Source of the DNA: Anaerovoracaceae bacterium
Lineage (GTDB): Bacteria > Bacillota > Clostridia > Peptostreptococcales > Anaerovoracaceae
Assembly (NCBI GenBank): GCA_036677845.1
Contig: JAVBVR010000025.1
Span: forward strand, 46,583-110,582
Reading direction: 5' to 3'
DNA: 64,000 bases
The translations under genes were made by a program, and so were the position numbers. The notes under the pieces were generated by a model. That model searched no databases. It was not told the DNA's origin and worked only from the letters and a program-made list of their open reading frames with translations. Of this stretch, positions 17,481-28,304 are shown one piece after another (positions within the stretch are counted from its first letter, which is position 1; every line of letters begins with the position of its first letter).

Positions 17481-17557
17481 ACGGAGAACAGCCCGCCTGA
17501 GTCAAACGAATCGGTTAGTTTGTAGTGATATGAAATGGTTTTTAGGAGGAGAGAACA

Positions 17558-19183
17558 ATGAGAAAGAACAAATTATTTGCTTTCTTACTTGCTTTGTTTT
17601 TGTGTATCGGTATGGCCGGCTGCGGCGGCGGACAATCGGCAGAGGGCGTGAATACGTTCCGGATCGGAACCCCTGTGTCCATCGACACCTTGAACCCGCT
17701 ATCATCTTATATGCAGATCGGGTTTGAGGTGTTTTTGCTGGTCTATGACCCGCTGGTCCGGTATGATGAGAACTTCGAGCCGGCCGGCTGCCTTGCGGAG
17801 AGCTGGGCCGCCAGTGACGACGGATTGACCTGGACCTTTAGTCTCCGGGAAGGCGTAACCTGGCATGACGGAGAACCGTTTACCTCGGAAGACGTCAAAT
17901 TCACATACGACCTGATGAACGAATCGGGCCTGGGTTATATGTACTCTTCGTATTTGACTGGAATCACGAACATAGAATGTCCCGATGAAAAAACTGTCGT
18001 TATAACCACGGAAAATCCAAAAGCAAATATGCTGATGAATACGACGCCGATCCTTCCGAAGCATATCTGGAGCGAGGTCCCGGCGGAAGAGCTGGAACTG
18101 TATCCCAATGAAAACCCCATTGGAACCGGACCCTTCCGATTTGACTCATCCAGTGAGGGAGTGATCAAGCTGGTAAAGAACGAAGCATATTTCGGAACGG
18201 TTCCGTTTATCGATGAATGCGTCTTTGTCAGCTATTCCAATCTGGACTCCATGGCCCAGTCTCTATCGCTGGGGGAAATCGATGCGGCAATCAGTATCGG
18301 TTCCACTCAGAAAAAGCAGCTGGATACCAACGAGAACGTCACGCTGATATCCGGGGAAATACCGGGATTTACACAGATCGGAATCAATGTCTGGTCCGAT
18401 CCTGCCAGCAAGGGGAACCCGTTGTTGAAGGACAAGGCAATCCGGCAGGCCATCGATTATGCCGTTGATAAAGAAAAAATCATCCAGATGGCCTATGGAG
18501 GGGAAGGCGCTCCCGGAACTACGCTTATGAATCCGGGGCAGTTCTATCATTATGAGCCCGCAGCCGGAGAACTCCGTTCCTACAATACGGATCAAGGCAA
18601 CGCACTTCTTGACCAGGCCGGATACAGGGATAGGGACGGCGACGGAATTCGGGAAGATGCCGCCGGAAACAGGCTGGAGTTTACTCTGATCACCATCGCC
18701 GGCAATACTGAGGAGATCAAAGCGGGCCAGCTCGTCGTTTCCGACTGCCGGAAGATCGGGATCAGCATTAAAAACGAAACCATGGATGACGGAGCTCTGT
18801 ACGACAGGATCATCGCAGGAGACTTTGACATGTTTATCTGGGGCTGGGGAGGAGATATTGATCCTACTGTCATATTGGAGCTTTTGACTACCGCGCAGAT
18901 CGGTGCGAACAACGAGCCTCATTTCTCCAATGCGCGATACGATGAACTGTTCCTGGAACAACAGACCCTGATGGATGAAACAGAACGGCAGGCCGCTGTT
19001 TTTGAACTGCAGAAGATTGCTTATGACGAAGCACCGTATATCATCCTTCTTTATGACAACAACCTTCAGGCTATCCGATCCGACCGCTGGACGGGATTCA
19101 AGCAGATTCCCGAGGGTGCCGGGCTGTTCTTCCTCAACATTAATTACGACAACTACATCAATATAAAGCCTGCTGCGGAGTAG
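17558..19183 (+). CDS. ABC transporter substrate-binding lipoprotein, peptide/nickel family (OppA/DppA-like)
   Basis: Lipobox CIGMAGCGGG. 541 aa with the family-5 SBP pattern. GGAGGAG RBS. Confidence 0.9.
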   Translation: MRKNKLFAFLLALFLCIGMAGCGGGQSAEGVNTFRIGTPVSIDTLNPLSSYMQIGFEVFLLVYDPLVRYDENFEPAGCLAESWAASDDGLTWTFSLREGVTWHDGEPFTSEDVKFTYDLMNESGLGYMYSSYLTGITNIECPDEKTVVITTENPKANMLMNTTPILPKHIWSEVPAEELELYPNENPIGTGPFRFDSSSEGVIKLVKNEAYFGTVPFIDECVFVSYSNLDSMAQSLSLGEIDAAISIGSTQKKQLDTNENVTLISGEIPGFTQIGINVWSDPASKGNPLLKDKAIRQAIDYAVDKEKIIQMAYGGEGAPGTTLMNPGQFYHYEPAAGELRSYNTDQGNALLDQAGYRDRDGDGIREDAAGNRLEFTLITIAGNTEEIKAGQLVVSDCRKIGISIKNETMDDGALYDRIIAGDFDMFIWGWGGDIDPTVILELLTTAQIGANNEPHFSNARYDELFLEQQTLMDETERQAAVFELQKIAYDEAPYIILLYDNNLQAIRSDRWTGFKQIPEGAGLFFLNINYDNYINIKPAAE

Positions 19184-19199
19184 CGGTCAGAGGTAATTC

Positions 19200-20168
19200 A
19201 TGAAGAAACGAAATATTATCAAAAAAGTCATATACGCTGTGATTACCATTTTTGCAGTGCTGGTATTCAATTACTTCCTTTTCCGTGTTCTGCCCGGCGA
19301 TCCTCTGGCTATGATGATGCGGAATCCGAGAGCGACTCCGGAAATGATCGAGGCAATGAAACAGCTTTTCGGACTGGACCAGCCGTGGTATGTGCAGTTT
19401 TATCTCTACTTTAAAAATCTGCTGTCGGGAGATCTTGGCATGTCTTTCTATTTCAAGCAGCCGGTAGGCAGCATCATCGGATCAAGGATTATGCCTACGG
19501 TCATTATGGTTGGACTGGCAGAGGTCGTTGCAATTATCGTTGGGATTGTCATCGGCATCCTGGCAGCCTGGAAAAGAGGGACGAAAATTGATGTGGGCAC
19601 ACTGGGTTTCTCGCTCATTACATATTCCATGCCGACCTTCTGGCTCGGTATGGTTATGGTGGTTGTATTCAGCGTCAATCTTCATCTGTTTCCTACCAGC
19701 GGCATATTGACGCCCGGAATGACTTATTCCTCCACTTCGGCCATGGTGGCGGATTATATCCGTCATCTGATTCTGCCGATGTTTACCATGAGCATTGTAC
19801 TGATCGGAGAATACGCTCTCACCATGAGAAATACCCTGATCGATGTTCTGTCTGAGGATTATATCACCACGGCCAAGGCCAAGGGCTTCGGCAACCGCTA
19901 TATTCTCAGAAAGCATGCCATGCCCAATGCTATGCTGCCCATGGTTACCATAATTGCAATCAATCTGGGCCTGGTTGTCGGCGGCACCGTTCAGGTGGAG
20001 ACGATCTTTTCCTGGCCGGGACTGGGGAGCCTTATGTATGAGGCGCTGAGAGCGAGGGATTATCCGCTGCTTCAGGGAGTCTTCCTGCTTGTGACGGTTT
20101 CCGTTGTGGTTGCAAATCTGATTGCAGATATTACATATACCTATATCGACCCAAGGGTCAAGGATTAA
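19200..20168 (+). CDS. ABC transporter permease (OppB/DppB-like)
   Basis: Six-TM pattern and the TAKAKG segment typical of the EAA loop of peptide permeases. Lies 16 nt after the SBP gene. Confidence 0.9.
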   Translation: MKKRNIIKKVIYAVITIFAVLVFNYFLFRVLPGDPLAMMMRNPRATPEMIEAMKQLFGLDQPWYVQFYLYFKNLLSGDLGMSFYFKQPVGSIIGSRIMPTVIMVGLAEVVAIIVGIVIGILAAWKRGTKIDVGTLGFSLITYSMPTFWLGMVMVVVFSVNLHLFPTSGILTPGMTYSSTSAMVADYIRHLILPMFTMSIVLIGEYALTMRNTLIDVLSEDYITTAKAKGFGNRYILRKHAMPNAMLPMVTIIAINLGLVVGGTVQVETIFSWPGLGSLMYEALRARDYPLLQGVFLLVTVSVVVANLIADITYTYIDPRVKD

Positions 20169-20183
20169 GGGGGTGATGGCGCT

Positions 20184-21056
20184 ATGAATTACAAGGAATT
20201 CCGGTTCAGAAAGCTGAAAGAATTTCTGACCGCGGTAAGACACAACAAAATGGCGTTCCTCGGATCGCTGACGCTGTTTTTCTTCCTGCTGACAGCGGTC
20301 TTCGGACCGGTCCTCATTCCCTTTTCGACGATGGAGTTCGGCGATGTGGAAGACATCCTGCTTCCGCCGGGGGGAGAACATCTGTTGGGTACTGACGATA
20401 TGGGAAGAGATATTCTTGCAAATCTGATCTCCGGAGCAAGGATCTCTCTGCTCATCGGTGCGACTGCCACGCTGATCTCCATGATTATCGGCTGCACCAT
20501 CGGCATCGTCGCCGGCTATTTCGGAAGGCGGACCGACCAGCTGCTGATGCGGTTTACGGACTTCTTCCTTGTAATCCCTTGGCTTCCTCTGATGATGGTT
20601 CTTGCCGCATTGATGGGAACCAGCATATGGAATATCATACTTGTTATCGGAGTCACTAGCTGGGCGGGCACCGCAAGAGTTGTCAGAGCCCAGACTCTGT
20701 CAGTCAAGGAGCGTCAATTCGTGGAACGAACCATTTCTCTTGGGGCGGGCAGCGGACATATCATGCTGCATCACATTCTGCCCAACGTTTTTCCGCTGGT
20801 CTTTGCCAATACGGTACTGGTGGCATCCGTTGCCATCGTATCGGAGACGACGCTGAGTTTTTTGGGTCTGGGCGATCCGAGCCATGCAAGCTGGGGAATG
20901 ATGCTTCACTATGCCTTTGAGTGCGGGGCGGCCAGCCTGGGAGCCTACTGGTATTACCTGCCCCCCGGAATCTGCGTGGTGGCGGTTGTTCTGGCTTTCA
21001 CCCTGATGGGTTACGCCTTTGACGAAATCCTGAATCCAAAACTGAAGGGCAGGTAG
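20184..21056 (+). CDS. ABC transporter permease (OppC/DppC-like)
   Basis: Hydrophobic permease containing the SLGAG segment. Adjacent to the first permease gene. Confidence 0.9.
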   Translation: MNYKEFRFRKLKEFLTAVRHNKMAFLGSLTLFFFLLTAVFGPVLIPFSTMEFGDVEDILLPPGGEHLLGTDDMGRDILANLISGARISLLIGATATLISMIIGCTIGIVAGYFGRRTDQLLMRFTDFFLVIPWLPLMMVLAALMGTSIWNIILVIGVTSWAGTARVVRAQTLSVKERQFVERTISLGAGSGHIMLHHILPNVFPLVFANTVLVASVAIVSETTLSFLGLGDPSHASWGMMLHYAFECGAASLGAYWYYLPPGICVVAVVLAFTLMGYAFDEILNPKLKGR

Positions 21057-21058
21057 AA

Positions 21059-22033
21059 ATGATGAAGTTATTAGAGGTTGAAAATTTAAGCACCTGTTTT
21101 CATACAACCAAAGGACAGCTCATGGCGGTCAACGGGGTAAGCTTTGACCTGGAGTACGGGGAAGCACTGGGGATGGTAGGCGAATCGGGCTGCGGAAAAA
21201 CCACCTGCGCCCTTTCTATAGCCAGATTGCTGCCGAAGGAAGGGGAGGTTACCGGCGGAAGGATTCTCCTGGAGGGGGTCGATCTGGCACTCATGCCGGA
21301 AGAGGAGATCAGAAAAAGACGCTGGAAGGATGTTTCCGTCATATTCCAAGGCGCCATGAACGCTTTAAACCCTGTTATGAAGGTGGGAGACCAGATTGCG
21401 GAGGCAATCCTCCTCCACGATAAGACAGGGAAGGAGGAAGCCGCACGCCGAACCGCGGATATTTTGGAGCTGGTTGAGATCCCATCCGCCCGTGGGAAAA
21501 ATTACCCCCATGAATTCAGCGGAGGAATGAAACAGAGAGCTATGATTGCCATGGCGCTGGCCTGCAATCCGAAGATTGTCATCGGAGACGAACCTACCAC
21601 TGCTCTGGACGTCATGGTTCAGGCGCAAATACTGAACCTGCTGGAACGGATCCGGAAAGAATATAAGATGGGCTTTATTCTCATCACCCACGATCTCTCC
21701 ATCTTAGGAGAGACCTGTGACAAAATCGCCGTCATGTATGCGGGAAAGATTGTTGAGATGGGCACGGTAGAGGATATCTTCGAAAGAACCTCCCATCCTT
21801 ATACCAAGAGACTGATAGCCTGCTTCCCCAATATAGAGGGGTCAAAAACCATACCGGAAGGTATCCCCGGATCGCCGCCCAACATGCTTGAGCCGGGCCG
21901 AGGCTGCAGCTTTGCCCCAAGATGCATGAGAAAAGAGAAATGCTGCGATATTCAGGAGCCCGAAGTGAGGCGGATCGGCGGAAAGCACTTTGCGGCCTGC
22001 CATTTCGCAGAGGGAGGTGACGGGTTTGAGTAA
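21059..22033 (+). CDS. ABC transporter ATP-binding protein (OppD/DppD-like)
   Basis: Walker A GESGCGKT, signature FSGGMKQR, Walker B IVIGDEPT, and a C-terminal oligopeptide-type extension with Cys residues. Confidence 0.9.
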   Translation: MMKLLEVENLSTCFHTTKGQLMAVNGVSFDLEYGEALGMVGESGCGKTTCALSIARLLPKEGEVTGGRILLEGVDLALMPEEEIRKRRWKDVSVIFQGAMNALNPVMKVGDQIAEAILLHDKTGKEEAARRTADILELVEIPSARGKNYPHEFSGGMKQRAMIAMALACNPKIVIGDEPTTALDVMVQAQILNLLERIRKEYKMGFILITHDLSILGETCDKIAVMYAGKIVEMGTVEDIFERTSHPYTKRLIACFPNIEGSKTIPEGIPGSPPNMLEPGRGCSFAPRCMRKEKCCDIQEPEVRRIGGKHFAACHFAEGGDGFE

Positions 22034-23048
22034 TGCCGGTGTGAATGATCTGAAAAAAGATCTAATCCGTGTTGACAGTCTGAAAGTCTATTATGATCTG
22101 AAGGACAGTTTCACCTCAACCCTGCTGTCACGTAAGAAAAAACAGGTAAAGGCAGTCGACGGCATCTCTCTGGATATCGAGAAAGGTGAAATCCTGTCGC
22201 TGGTGGGCGAGAGCGGGAGCGGCAAGACCACTACGGGTAAAGCGATCCTGCAGCTGACAGGAATTACGGAGGGAGAGATCTTTTATCGGGGCAGCAGAAT
22301 CGATCCTGGAAACAGACCGTTTATGAAGCAATTCCGGCAGAAGGCACAGATGATATTCCAGGATCCATATCAGGCTCTGAACCCCAGAAACCTTGTGCTT
22401 GACATCATCGCAGAGCCTCTGGACGTCAATCGACTCGCGGGTTCTGCAAAGGAGAGGGAGGAACGGGTTGTCCTTGCGCTGGAGCAGGCGGGAATGTCAC
22501 CGGGAAGAGACTATCTGTACCGGTATCCCCATGAGCTTTCCGGCGGGCAAAGGCAAAGAGTTGTAATAGCCGGAGCCATGATCATGAATCCTGAATTCAT
22601 TGTCGCCGATGAGCCTGTATCCATGCTGGACGCATCCATCCGAACGGGAATTCTGAAGCTGATGATGAAGTTCCGGGAAGAACGGGAACTGGCGTACCTG
22701 TTTATTACCCATGATTTGTCCCTGGCATGGCTCATCTCCCACAGGATCGCCATCCTGTATCTGGGCAGCATACTGGAGGTCGGAAAGGCTGACGATATCA
22801 TCAAAAGGGGTCTTCATCCATATACACAAGCATTAACCAGGATCATGCCCACGCCCGGCGTCAATATCAACAAGGAGCGGATCACGCTGCCCGGGGAAAT
22901 CCCGTCGGCCTCCGATGAGATCATCGGGTGCAAGTTCAGGGGGCGCTGCGAGAAGGCCATGCCTGTCTGTGCTTTAGAGAGACCGGATCTTCAGGAGGTT
23001 GAGTCAGGACATTTTACCGCATGCCATCTATACGGGCACGGGTCTTGA
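22026..23048 (+). CDS. ABC transporter ATP-binding protein (OppF/DppF-like)
   Basis: The likely TTG start at 22026 lies 6 nt after GGGAGGTG and overlaps the previous stop. Walker A GESGSGKT, signature LSGGQRQR, Walker B IVADEPVS. Confidence 0.85.
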   Translation: MSNAGVNDLKKDLIRVDSLKVYYDLKDSFTSTLLSRKKKQVKAVDGISLDIEKGEILSLVGESGSGKTTTGKAILQLTGITEGEIFYRGSRIDPGNRPFMKQFRQKAQMIFQDPYQALNPRNLVLDIIAEPLDVNRLAGSAKEREERVVLALEQAGMSPGRDYLYRYPHELSGGQRQRVVIAGAMIMNPEFIVADEPVSMLDASIRTGILKLMMKFREERELAYLFITHDLSLAWLISHRIAILYLGSILEVGKADDIIKRGLHPYTQALTRIMPTPGVNINKERITLPGEIPSASDEIIGCKFRGRCEKAMPVCALERPDLQEVESGHFTACHLYGHGS

Positions 23049-23095
23049 ATACCAATGCGCTGTGCAATCATTTCAGGGAAACGGGTAAGAGGTTT

Positions 23096-24445
23096 ATGAT
23101 GCATAAAAACGGTAAAGCTTTTTTTCAGGGGCAAATAGAAGAGTACATGAAAAACCATGAAGCCGTCATACTGTCGGATCTTCAGAAGCTGATCTCCTTT
23201 CAAACGGTTGCCGAAGAAAAGGACGAAATCGTAAAAAGTCTGAACTGGTTTCTTCAGCGTGGTTCGGATATGGGCTTTCCGGTCTACAGAACCAGTACCG
23301 GCGACGCGGGAATCATCGAGGCCGGCCAGGGGGAGGAGATTCTCGGAATCCTGGTCCACCTTGACGTAGTCGATATCGGTGATCCGGAGAAATGGATCTA
23401 TCCTCCTTTTGAGGGCACCATTGCTGATGGAAGTATCTGGGGAAGAGGTACCATGGACGACAAGGGTGCGGCTGTCATCTGCCTTTACGGAATGAAAGCG
23501 CTTTTGGATCTGAAGATCCCGTTCTATAAGAAAATATGGCTGATTGTCGGAACCAGTGAAGAAAGCGTTTGGACGGATATGGATAATTATAAGAAAGAGT
23601 TCCGCTGCCCTGATTACGGATTTACTCCCGACGGCGATTTCCCGGTCTATAACGTTGAGAACGGTTATGCCGACGTGGTGATGGAATTCGATGAGAAAAG
23701 TAAAATCCTCCAATGGGGAGATTTCGATGTGAAAGCAGGACAAAGTGCCAATACAATACCGTCCAGGGCTGTCCTCATACAAAACGGAAGACGGCAGGTG
23801 TTTGACGGAGCAGCGGTGCACAGCTCAACGCCGGAACTGGGAGTCAACGCGATTGAAAAGCTCTGCTCGTCGGGAATCGATTTCAATTTCTCCCGGTTCA
23901 TCACCGAGATTTTGGCTTGCGATATTCACGGCGGAAAGCTGGATTTGAATCGAGAGGACTCCTGCTGGGAGGGACAGCATCTGGGAAGAACGACGTTGGC
24001 ACCCACTGTTTTAAGAAAATCGGGCGATACAGTCATTCTTACTCTAAATATCCGACATAACGCAAACCTGACCAGGGAAGATATTAAAAATGCATTTGAC
24101 AAGTATCGAAAAGCATATCATTATGAGTACAGTATTCCCGTTTACCAGAAAGCGATTAAAGTCAGCCCCAGACTGAAACCTCTTTCCGTCATGGCGGAAA
24201 CCTATGAAGACTGGGGGTATAAAAACAGCTTTGCTGCCGCAAGAGGTACCAGCTACGCCAAGGCGATGAATAACATCGTCACCTGGGGTCCCTGCTTTCC
24301 TGAGGATTTGTCCTGCGCCCATCAGGAGAATGAACGGATCGGCATTAGATCCCTATTCCGCGCCATGGGAATTTATACGGACTATATGTCCCGGATTGTA
24401 ACCGAAAGGAAAAGTCTACTAGAGAAGGAAACAGAAGAGAAATGA
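23096..24445 (+). CDS. M20-family dipeptidase (PepV/Sapep-like)
   Basis: ATG 23096 follows AAGAGG. HLDVV and GRGTMDDKG metal and catalytic motifs. Confidence 0.85.
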   Translation: MMHKNGKAFFQGQIEEYMKNHEAVILSDLQKLISFQTVAEEKDEIVKSLNWFLQRGSDMGFPVYRTSTGDAGIIEAGQGEEILGILVHLDVVDIGDPEKWIYPPFEGTIADGSIWGRGTMDDKGAAVICLYGMKALLDLKIPFYKKIWLIVGTSEESVWTDMDNYKKEFRCPDYGFTPDGDFPVYNVENGYADVVMEFDEKSKILQWGDFDVKAGQSANTIPSRAVLIQNGRRQVFDGAAVHSSTPELGVNAIEKLCSSGIDFNFSRFITEILACDIHGGKLDLNREDSCWEGQHLGRTTLAPTVLRKSGDTVILTLNIRHNANLTREDIKNAFDKYRKAYHYEYSIPVYQKAIKVSPRLKPLSVMAETYEDWGYKNSFAAARGTSYAKAMNNIVTWGPCFPEDLSCAHQENERIGIRSLFRAMGIYTDYMSRIVTERKSLLEKETEEK

Positions 24446-25206
24446 AAAAACCGGATGAAACGATGACGAGCCTTGAAAAAGCATTATATCTGCTTTTCTT
24501 GTTCGCAGAAGAACCCTATGAATATACCGTGCCCGAGCTTGCTGAAAAAACCGGCCTGAATCGGACCACGGTTTACAGAAATATCGTGACACTGGAGGAA
24601 AGCGGGCTTCTTATCAGAAATGAAAGAGGCAAGAGCTACAAATTGGGGCCCATGGCCTATCATCTGGGCTCGATTTACCTTCAGAATGCAAATTACGAAG
24701 AGAATATCCTCAACATCCTGGAAACCATAGCAAAGGAATCGAGAGAATCTGTCGGTCTGGCCCGCAGAGAGGGAAACCGGGTCGTATCCATTTATTCCGT
24801 GGAGATTCATCAGCCGGTCAAGATGAATGATAAACCGGGTGAATTCTATCCGATGAATACGGGTACCTATGGAAAATGTCTCATGGCCTATCATGACCAG
24901 TCGATCGTAGAGAAGCTGTTCGATCAGGAAGCACCCTTCGAAAAGCTGACGAAAAATACAATTACAGAGAAACAGTACCTCATGGAGGAATACAGAAGAA
25001 TCAGGGAAGACGGTTTTGTAACCAGCATAGAGGAATCCTACCCCCTGGTCATCGGCATTGGCATTCCCCTTTACAGCAGCACCGGTGAAGTAAAAAATGT
25101 GGTTTCCATATCCTTCTTCAAGGAGGAAAACTATCTGGAAAAACTGCAAGCCATGAAAGAACTTCTCTTCCGCTATAAAAAAGAACTGGAGAAGTTTATC
25201 GTATAA
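24442..25206 (+). CDS. IclR-family transcriptional regulator
   Basis: ATGA overlap with the dipeptidase stop. N-terminal winged HTH (VPELAEKTGLNRTTVYRNIVTLEESGLL) plus an effector domain. Confidence 0.85.
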   Translation: MKKPDETMTSLEKALYLLFLFAEEPYEYTVPELAEKTGLNRTTVYRNIVTLEESGLLIRNERGKSYKLGPMAYHLGSIYLQNANYEENILNILETIAKESRESVGLARREGNRVVSIYSVEIHQPVKMNDKPGEFYPMNTGTYGKCLMAYHDQSIVEKLFDQEAPFEKLTKNTITEKQYLMEEYRRIREDGFVTSIEESYPLVIGIGIPLYSSTGEVKNVVSISFFKEENYLEKLQAMKELLFRYKKELEKFIV

Positions 25207-25260
25207 GGGTAAAATAGAGGCAGGCAAAATTTTAGTCAGCAAGTAAAGGAGGATCGATGC

Positions 25261-25932
25261 ATGCAGCGATCGGATCGGGAACTATTACCCGGGCTGTTTC
25301 CCTTTTGGAGCAAGCTGAATGAAAATGAAAAGAAGCAGATTTATGAGCATACCATACTGAATTCATATAAGGCAGGACAGAACATCCACGGCGGGCATGA
25401 GGACTGTACCGGTGTCATTGCAGTAAAATCGGGAAGACTGAGAGTTTATCTTCTGTCCGAAGAGGGCAAGGAGGTTACTCTCTTTCGGCTTTTGGACGGC
25501 GACGTATGCCTGCTTTCCGCTTCCTGTGTTATGAGAAATATATCCTTTGACATCTATGTGGATGCGGAGGGGCCAACGGAGTTGTTTGTCCTGAATTCCG
25601 CCGTTTATGATCAAATCGCCAAAGAGAATCCGGCTGTAGGCAGTTTCATGACCGAAATCATCTCCATGCGTTTTTCTGAAGCCATGTGGGTCATGGAGCA
25701 AATTCTGTTCATGAAGCTGGACCGGAGACTGGCCATGTTTCTGCTGGAACAGTCCAACCTGGAGAACGGAGACGTGATCACCCTGACTCATGAGCAGATT
25801 GCCGGACATATGGGAAGCGCACGTGAGGTCATTTCACGAATGCTGAAGTATTTTTCCAATGAAGGAATACTCAGCGTGTCCCGCAAGGGAATCAAAATCC
25901 TGGACAGAAAACGTCTGACGGAATACGTCTGA
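25261..25932 (+). CDS. Crp/Fnr-family transcriptional regulator
   Basis: A cNMP-binding-like beta-roll followed by the C-terminal HTH THEQIAGHMGSAREVISRMLKYF. Confidence 0.85.
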   Translation: MQRSDRELLPGLFPFWSKLNENEKKQIYEHTILNSYKAGQNIHGGHEDCTGVIAVKSGRLRVYLLSEEGKEVTLFRLLDGDVCLLSASCVMRNISFDIYVDAEGPTELFVLNSAVYDQIAKENPAVGSFMTEIISMRFSEAMWVMEQILFMKLDRRLAMFLLEQSNLENGDVITLTHEQIAGHMGSAREVISRMLKYFSNEGILSVSRKGIKILDRKRLTEYV

Positions 25933-25968
25933 CGGAAAGGGCAAAAGAGCGCTGTTGAACAATACAGT

Positions 25969-26010
25969 AAAACCACTATATCATTCATGAAGAAAGATAT
26001 AGTGGTTTTT
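25969..26010 (+). terminator. intrinsic terminator
   Basis: Stem AAAACCACTATATC / GATATAGTGGTTTT followed by a T-run. Confidence 0.85.
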
Positions 26011-26048
26011 CGTTTATATTGAAAACACACTGGTTTGCAATCTTACAA

Positions 26049-26076
26049 TTTACAATTTTTTACCAATGCATATAAT
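26049..26076 (+). promoter_or_regulatory. candidate promoter of the citrate synthase gene
   Basis: TTTACA, 16-nt spacer, TATAAT (26071-26076), within an AT-rich 200-nt leader. Confidence 0.4.
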
Positions 26077-26206
26077 CAAGCATATTGTTGGGCATAATTT
26101 TTTATGATATACTTATCGGAACCTACACAGTAGAAATTACGTCAAAGATTCATATCAGTCGATTTTATTAGGGATAATTGAGAATGAAAAACGAGGGGGG
26201 ATACGA

Positions 26207-27595
26207 ATGTTAGAAAGCAAATTCAACACACTGGACAGCAAGTATTCGGAAATTACTCCGGAGATCCTGGAATTGACGCAATTATGCAGGGAGAACAGTT
26301 CCATTGATGCAGAGCTTTATAAAAAGTACAAGGTGAACAGAGGACTCAGGGATCTGAACGGAAATGGCGTACTGACGGGCTTGACAGAGATCTCGGAAAT
26401 CCAGTCCTTTGATATGGCCGATGGGGAAAAAGTACCCTGCGAGGGTAAGCTGTTCTACCGCGGGATCGACATTGAAACCTTTGTGGACGGCTTTATTAAA
26501 GAAAAAAGGTACGGTTTTGAGGAGGCTGCTTATCTTCTGCTTTTCGGGAAACTTCCTACCGTGCAGCAGCTGGCCGATTTCACTGATTTGCTAGCCAAAT
26601 ATCGTACGCTCCCGACAAGTTTTGCCCGGGATATCATCATGAAGGCGCCGTCTTCTGATATGATGAATACACTTTCTCGAGGCGTCCTGACACTACATGC
26701 CTATGATACGAAGGCAAACGACATCAGCATACCAAATGTGCTGAGGCAGTCGCTGCTTCTGATTGCAGTTTTTCCACTGCTTTCGGTATACGGTTACCAG
26801 ACCTACCGCCATTATTTCGTCGGGGACAGTCTCTTTATCCATACACCGAGACCGGAACTTTCCACAGCGGAAAACATTCTGCACATGCTGAGACCCGATT
26901 CAAAATACACAGAACTGGAAGCAAAAATCCTGGACGTAGCGCTTGTGCTGCACGCGGAACATGGCGGAGGAAATAATTCCACCTTTACCACCCACGTGGT
27001 CTCTTCTTCAGGCACGGACACATACTCCGTGGTTGCGGCGTCTCTGGGTTCGCTGAAAGGACCCAAGCATGGCGGCGCAAATATCAAGGTGGTGCAGATG
27101 TTCGAGGATCTGAAGAAACAGGTATCGGACTGGACCGATGAAGATCAGGTGGCGGCTTATTTAAGAGACCTTCTGAATAAGAAGGCATTTGATCAGGCGG
27201 GACTCATCTATGGTATGGGTCATGCCGTCTATTCTCTTTCCGATCCCCGTGCGAATATATTCAAGAAGTTTGTTGAGAGTCTGTCTGTAGAAAAAGGCAG
27301 GGAAGAGGAGTTTCAGCTTTATTCTACCGTAGAACGGCTGGCAGCGGAAATTATCACAGAAGAACGCAAAATCTACAAGGGTGTCAGTGCAAATATTGAT
27401 TTTTACAGCGGATTTGTTTACAGCATGCTGGATCTGCCCCTAGAGCTTTACACCCCGATATTTGCAATTGCTAGAATTGCAGGCTGGAGTGCACACCGCA
27501 TTGAAGAACTGATCAATGCGGGAAAAATTATCCGGCCGGCTTACAAAAACGTTGCTCCAAGGAAGGATTATGTTTCCATCGGAGACCGGGGTTAA
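26207..27595 (+). CDS. citrate synthase family protein (citrate/2-methylcitrate synthase)
   Basis: HAEHGGGNNSTF and GMGHAVY catalytic-His motifs. 462 aa. GAGGGGGG RBS. Confidence 0.9.
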   Translation: MLESKFNTLDSKYSEITPEILELTQLCRENSSIDAELYKKYKVNRGLRDLNGNGVLTGLTEISEIQSFDMADGEKVPCEGKLFYRGIDIETFVDGFIKEKRYGFEEAAYLLLFGKLPTVQQLADFTDLLAKYRTLPTSFARDIIMKAPSSDMMNTLSRGVLTLHAYDTKANDISIPNVLRQSLLLIAVFPLLSVYGYQTYRHYFVGDSLFIHTPRPELSTAENILHMLRPDSKYTELEAKILDVALVLHAEHGGGNNSTFTTHVVSSSGTDTYSVVAASLGSLKGPKHGGANIKVVQMFEDLKKQVSDWTDEDQVAAYLRDLLNKKAFDQAGLIYGMGHAVYSLSDPRANIFKKFVESLSVEKGREEEFQLYSTVERLAAEIITEERKIYKGVSANIDFYSGFVYSMLDLPLELYTPIFAIARIAGWSAHRIEELINAGKIIRPAYKNVAPRKDYVSIGDRG

Positions 27596-27646
27596 ATCAG
27601 CTGTAGTCTGCTGCTGGAACGGATCGCATCAGGAGTTTCGCATCCC

Positions 27647-28063
27647 TCATACCCGGCTCTGCAGGAACCGGAACCGATGAAGGTATCTTGTAAAATAAGT
27701 TAAAGGGATGCAGAGGAAAAACCACAGCACTGTAAATGCCAGACAGATCTGTCCGAGAAAATTATAGGAATAGCCCGAATAATCCCAGACGTGCCAGCCC
27801 AGCCAAAGGTTGACGATTGAGCCTACGGCCAATTCAATTAATGTGATGACCAATGCTCCGGCCAAGGCTTTCTGCCAAACCGGGGCATTTTCATTTTTTG
27901 AGTTTATATAATAGAGAATCATAAACACAATTCCCCCCGTAACAAGCATGGTCCAATGGGTGAAACCGCGGAAGACGGTTTCCATCAGACCGTATCCTCC
28001 CGCTCCTATGACAAATATAATAGTGTATTTCTTGAAATCAATTGCGAATGTTTCCTTTTGCAT
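27647..28063 (-). CDS. small multi-TM membrane protein (DUF1113 / ABC-transporter type IV-like pattern)
   Basis: GAGGAG RBS. Four predicted helices and the WHVWDYSGYSYNFLGQICL segment. Confidence 0.6.
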   Translation of the reverse strand: MQKETFAIDFKKYTIIFVIGAGGYGLMETVFRGFTHWTMLVTGGIVFMILYYINSKNENAPVWQKALAGALVITLIELAVGSIVNLWLGWHVWDYSGYSYNFLGQICLAFTVLWFFLCIPLTYFTRYLHRFRFLQSRV

Positions 28064-28304
28064 TTCATCTCCTCAGAATGGTATGGTCAAAATCGATTTT
28101 TCCCGGTGCTTTTTCACAATTCGGGTATTTATCTCTTTCGAAATTATTATTTGTATTATGGAATCGTTTATAGCTGGAAAAAATACTTTATAGATGGTAG
28201 AATTCTATTGTGGTGATCTTGGTCAAATGATTTCCCGGAATCATACAAATTAAATCAAAATCGGGCAGTCTTGAGCGAAGGGTATTTTAAGGAGGGTGAA
28301 AAAA

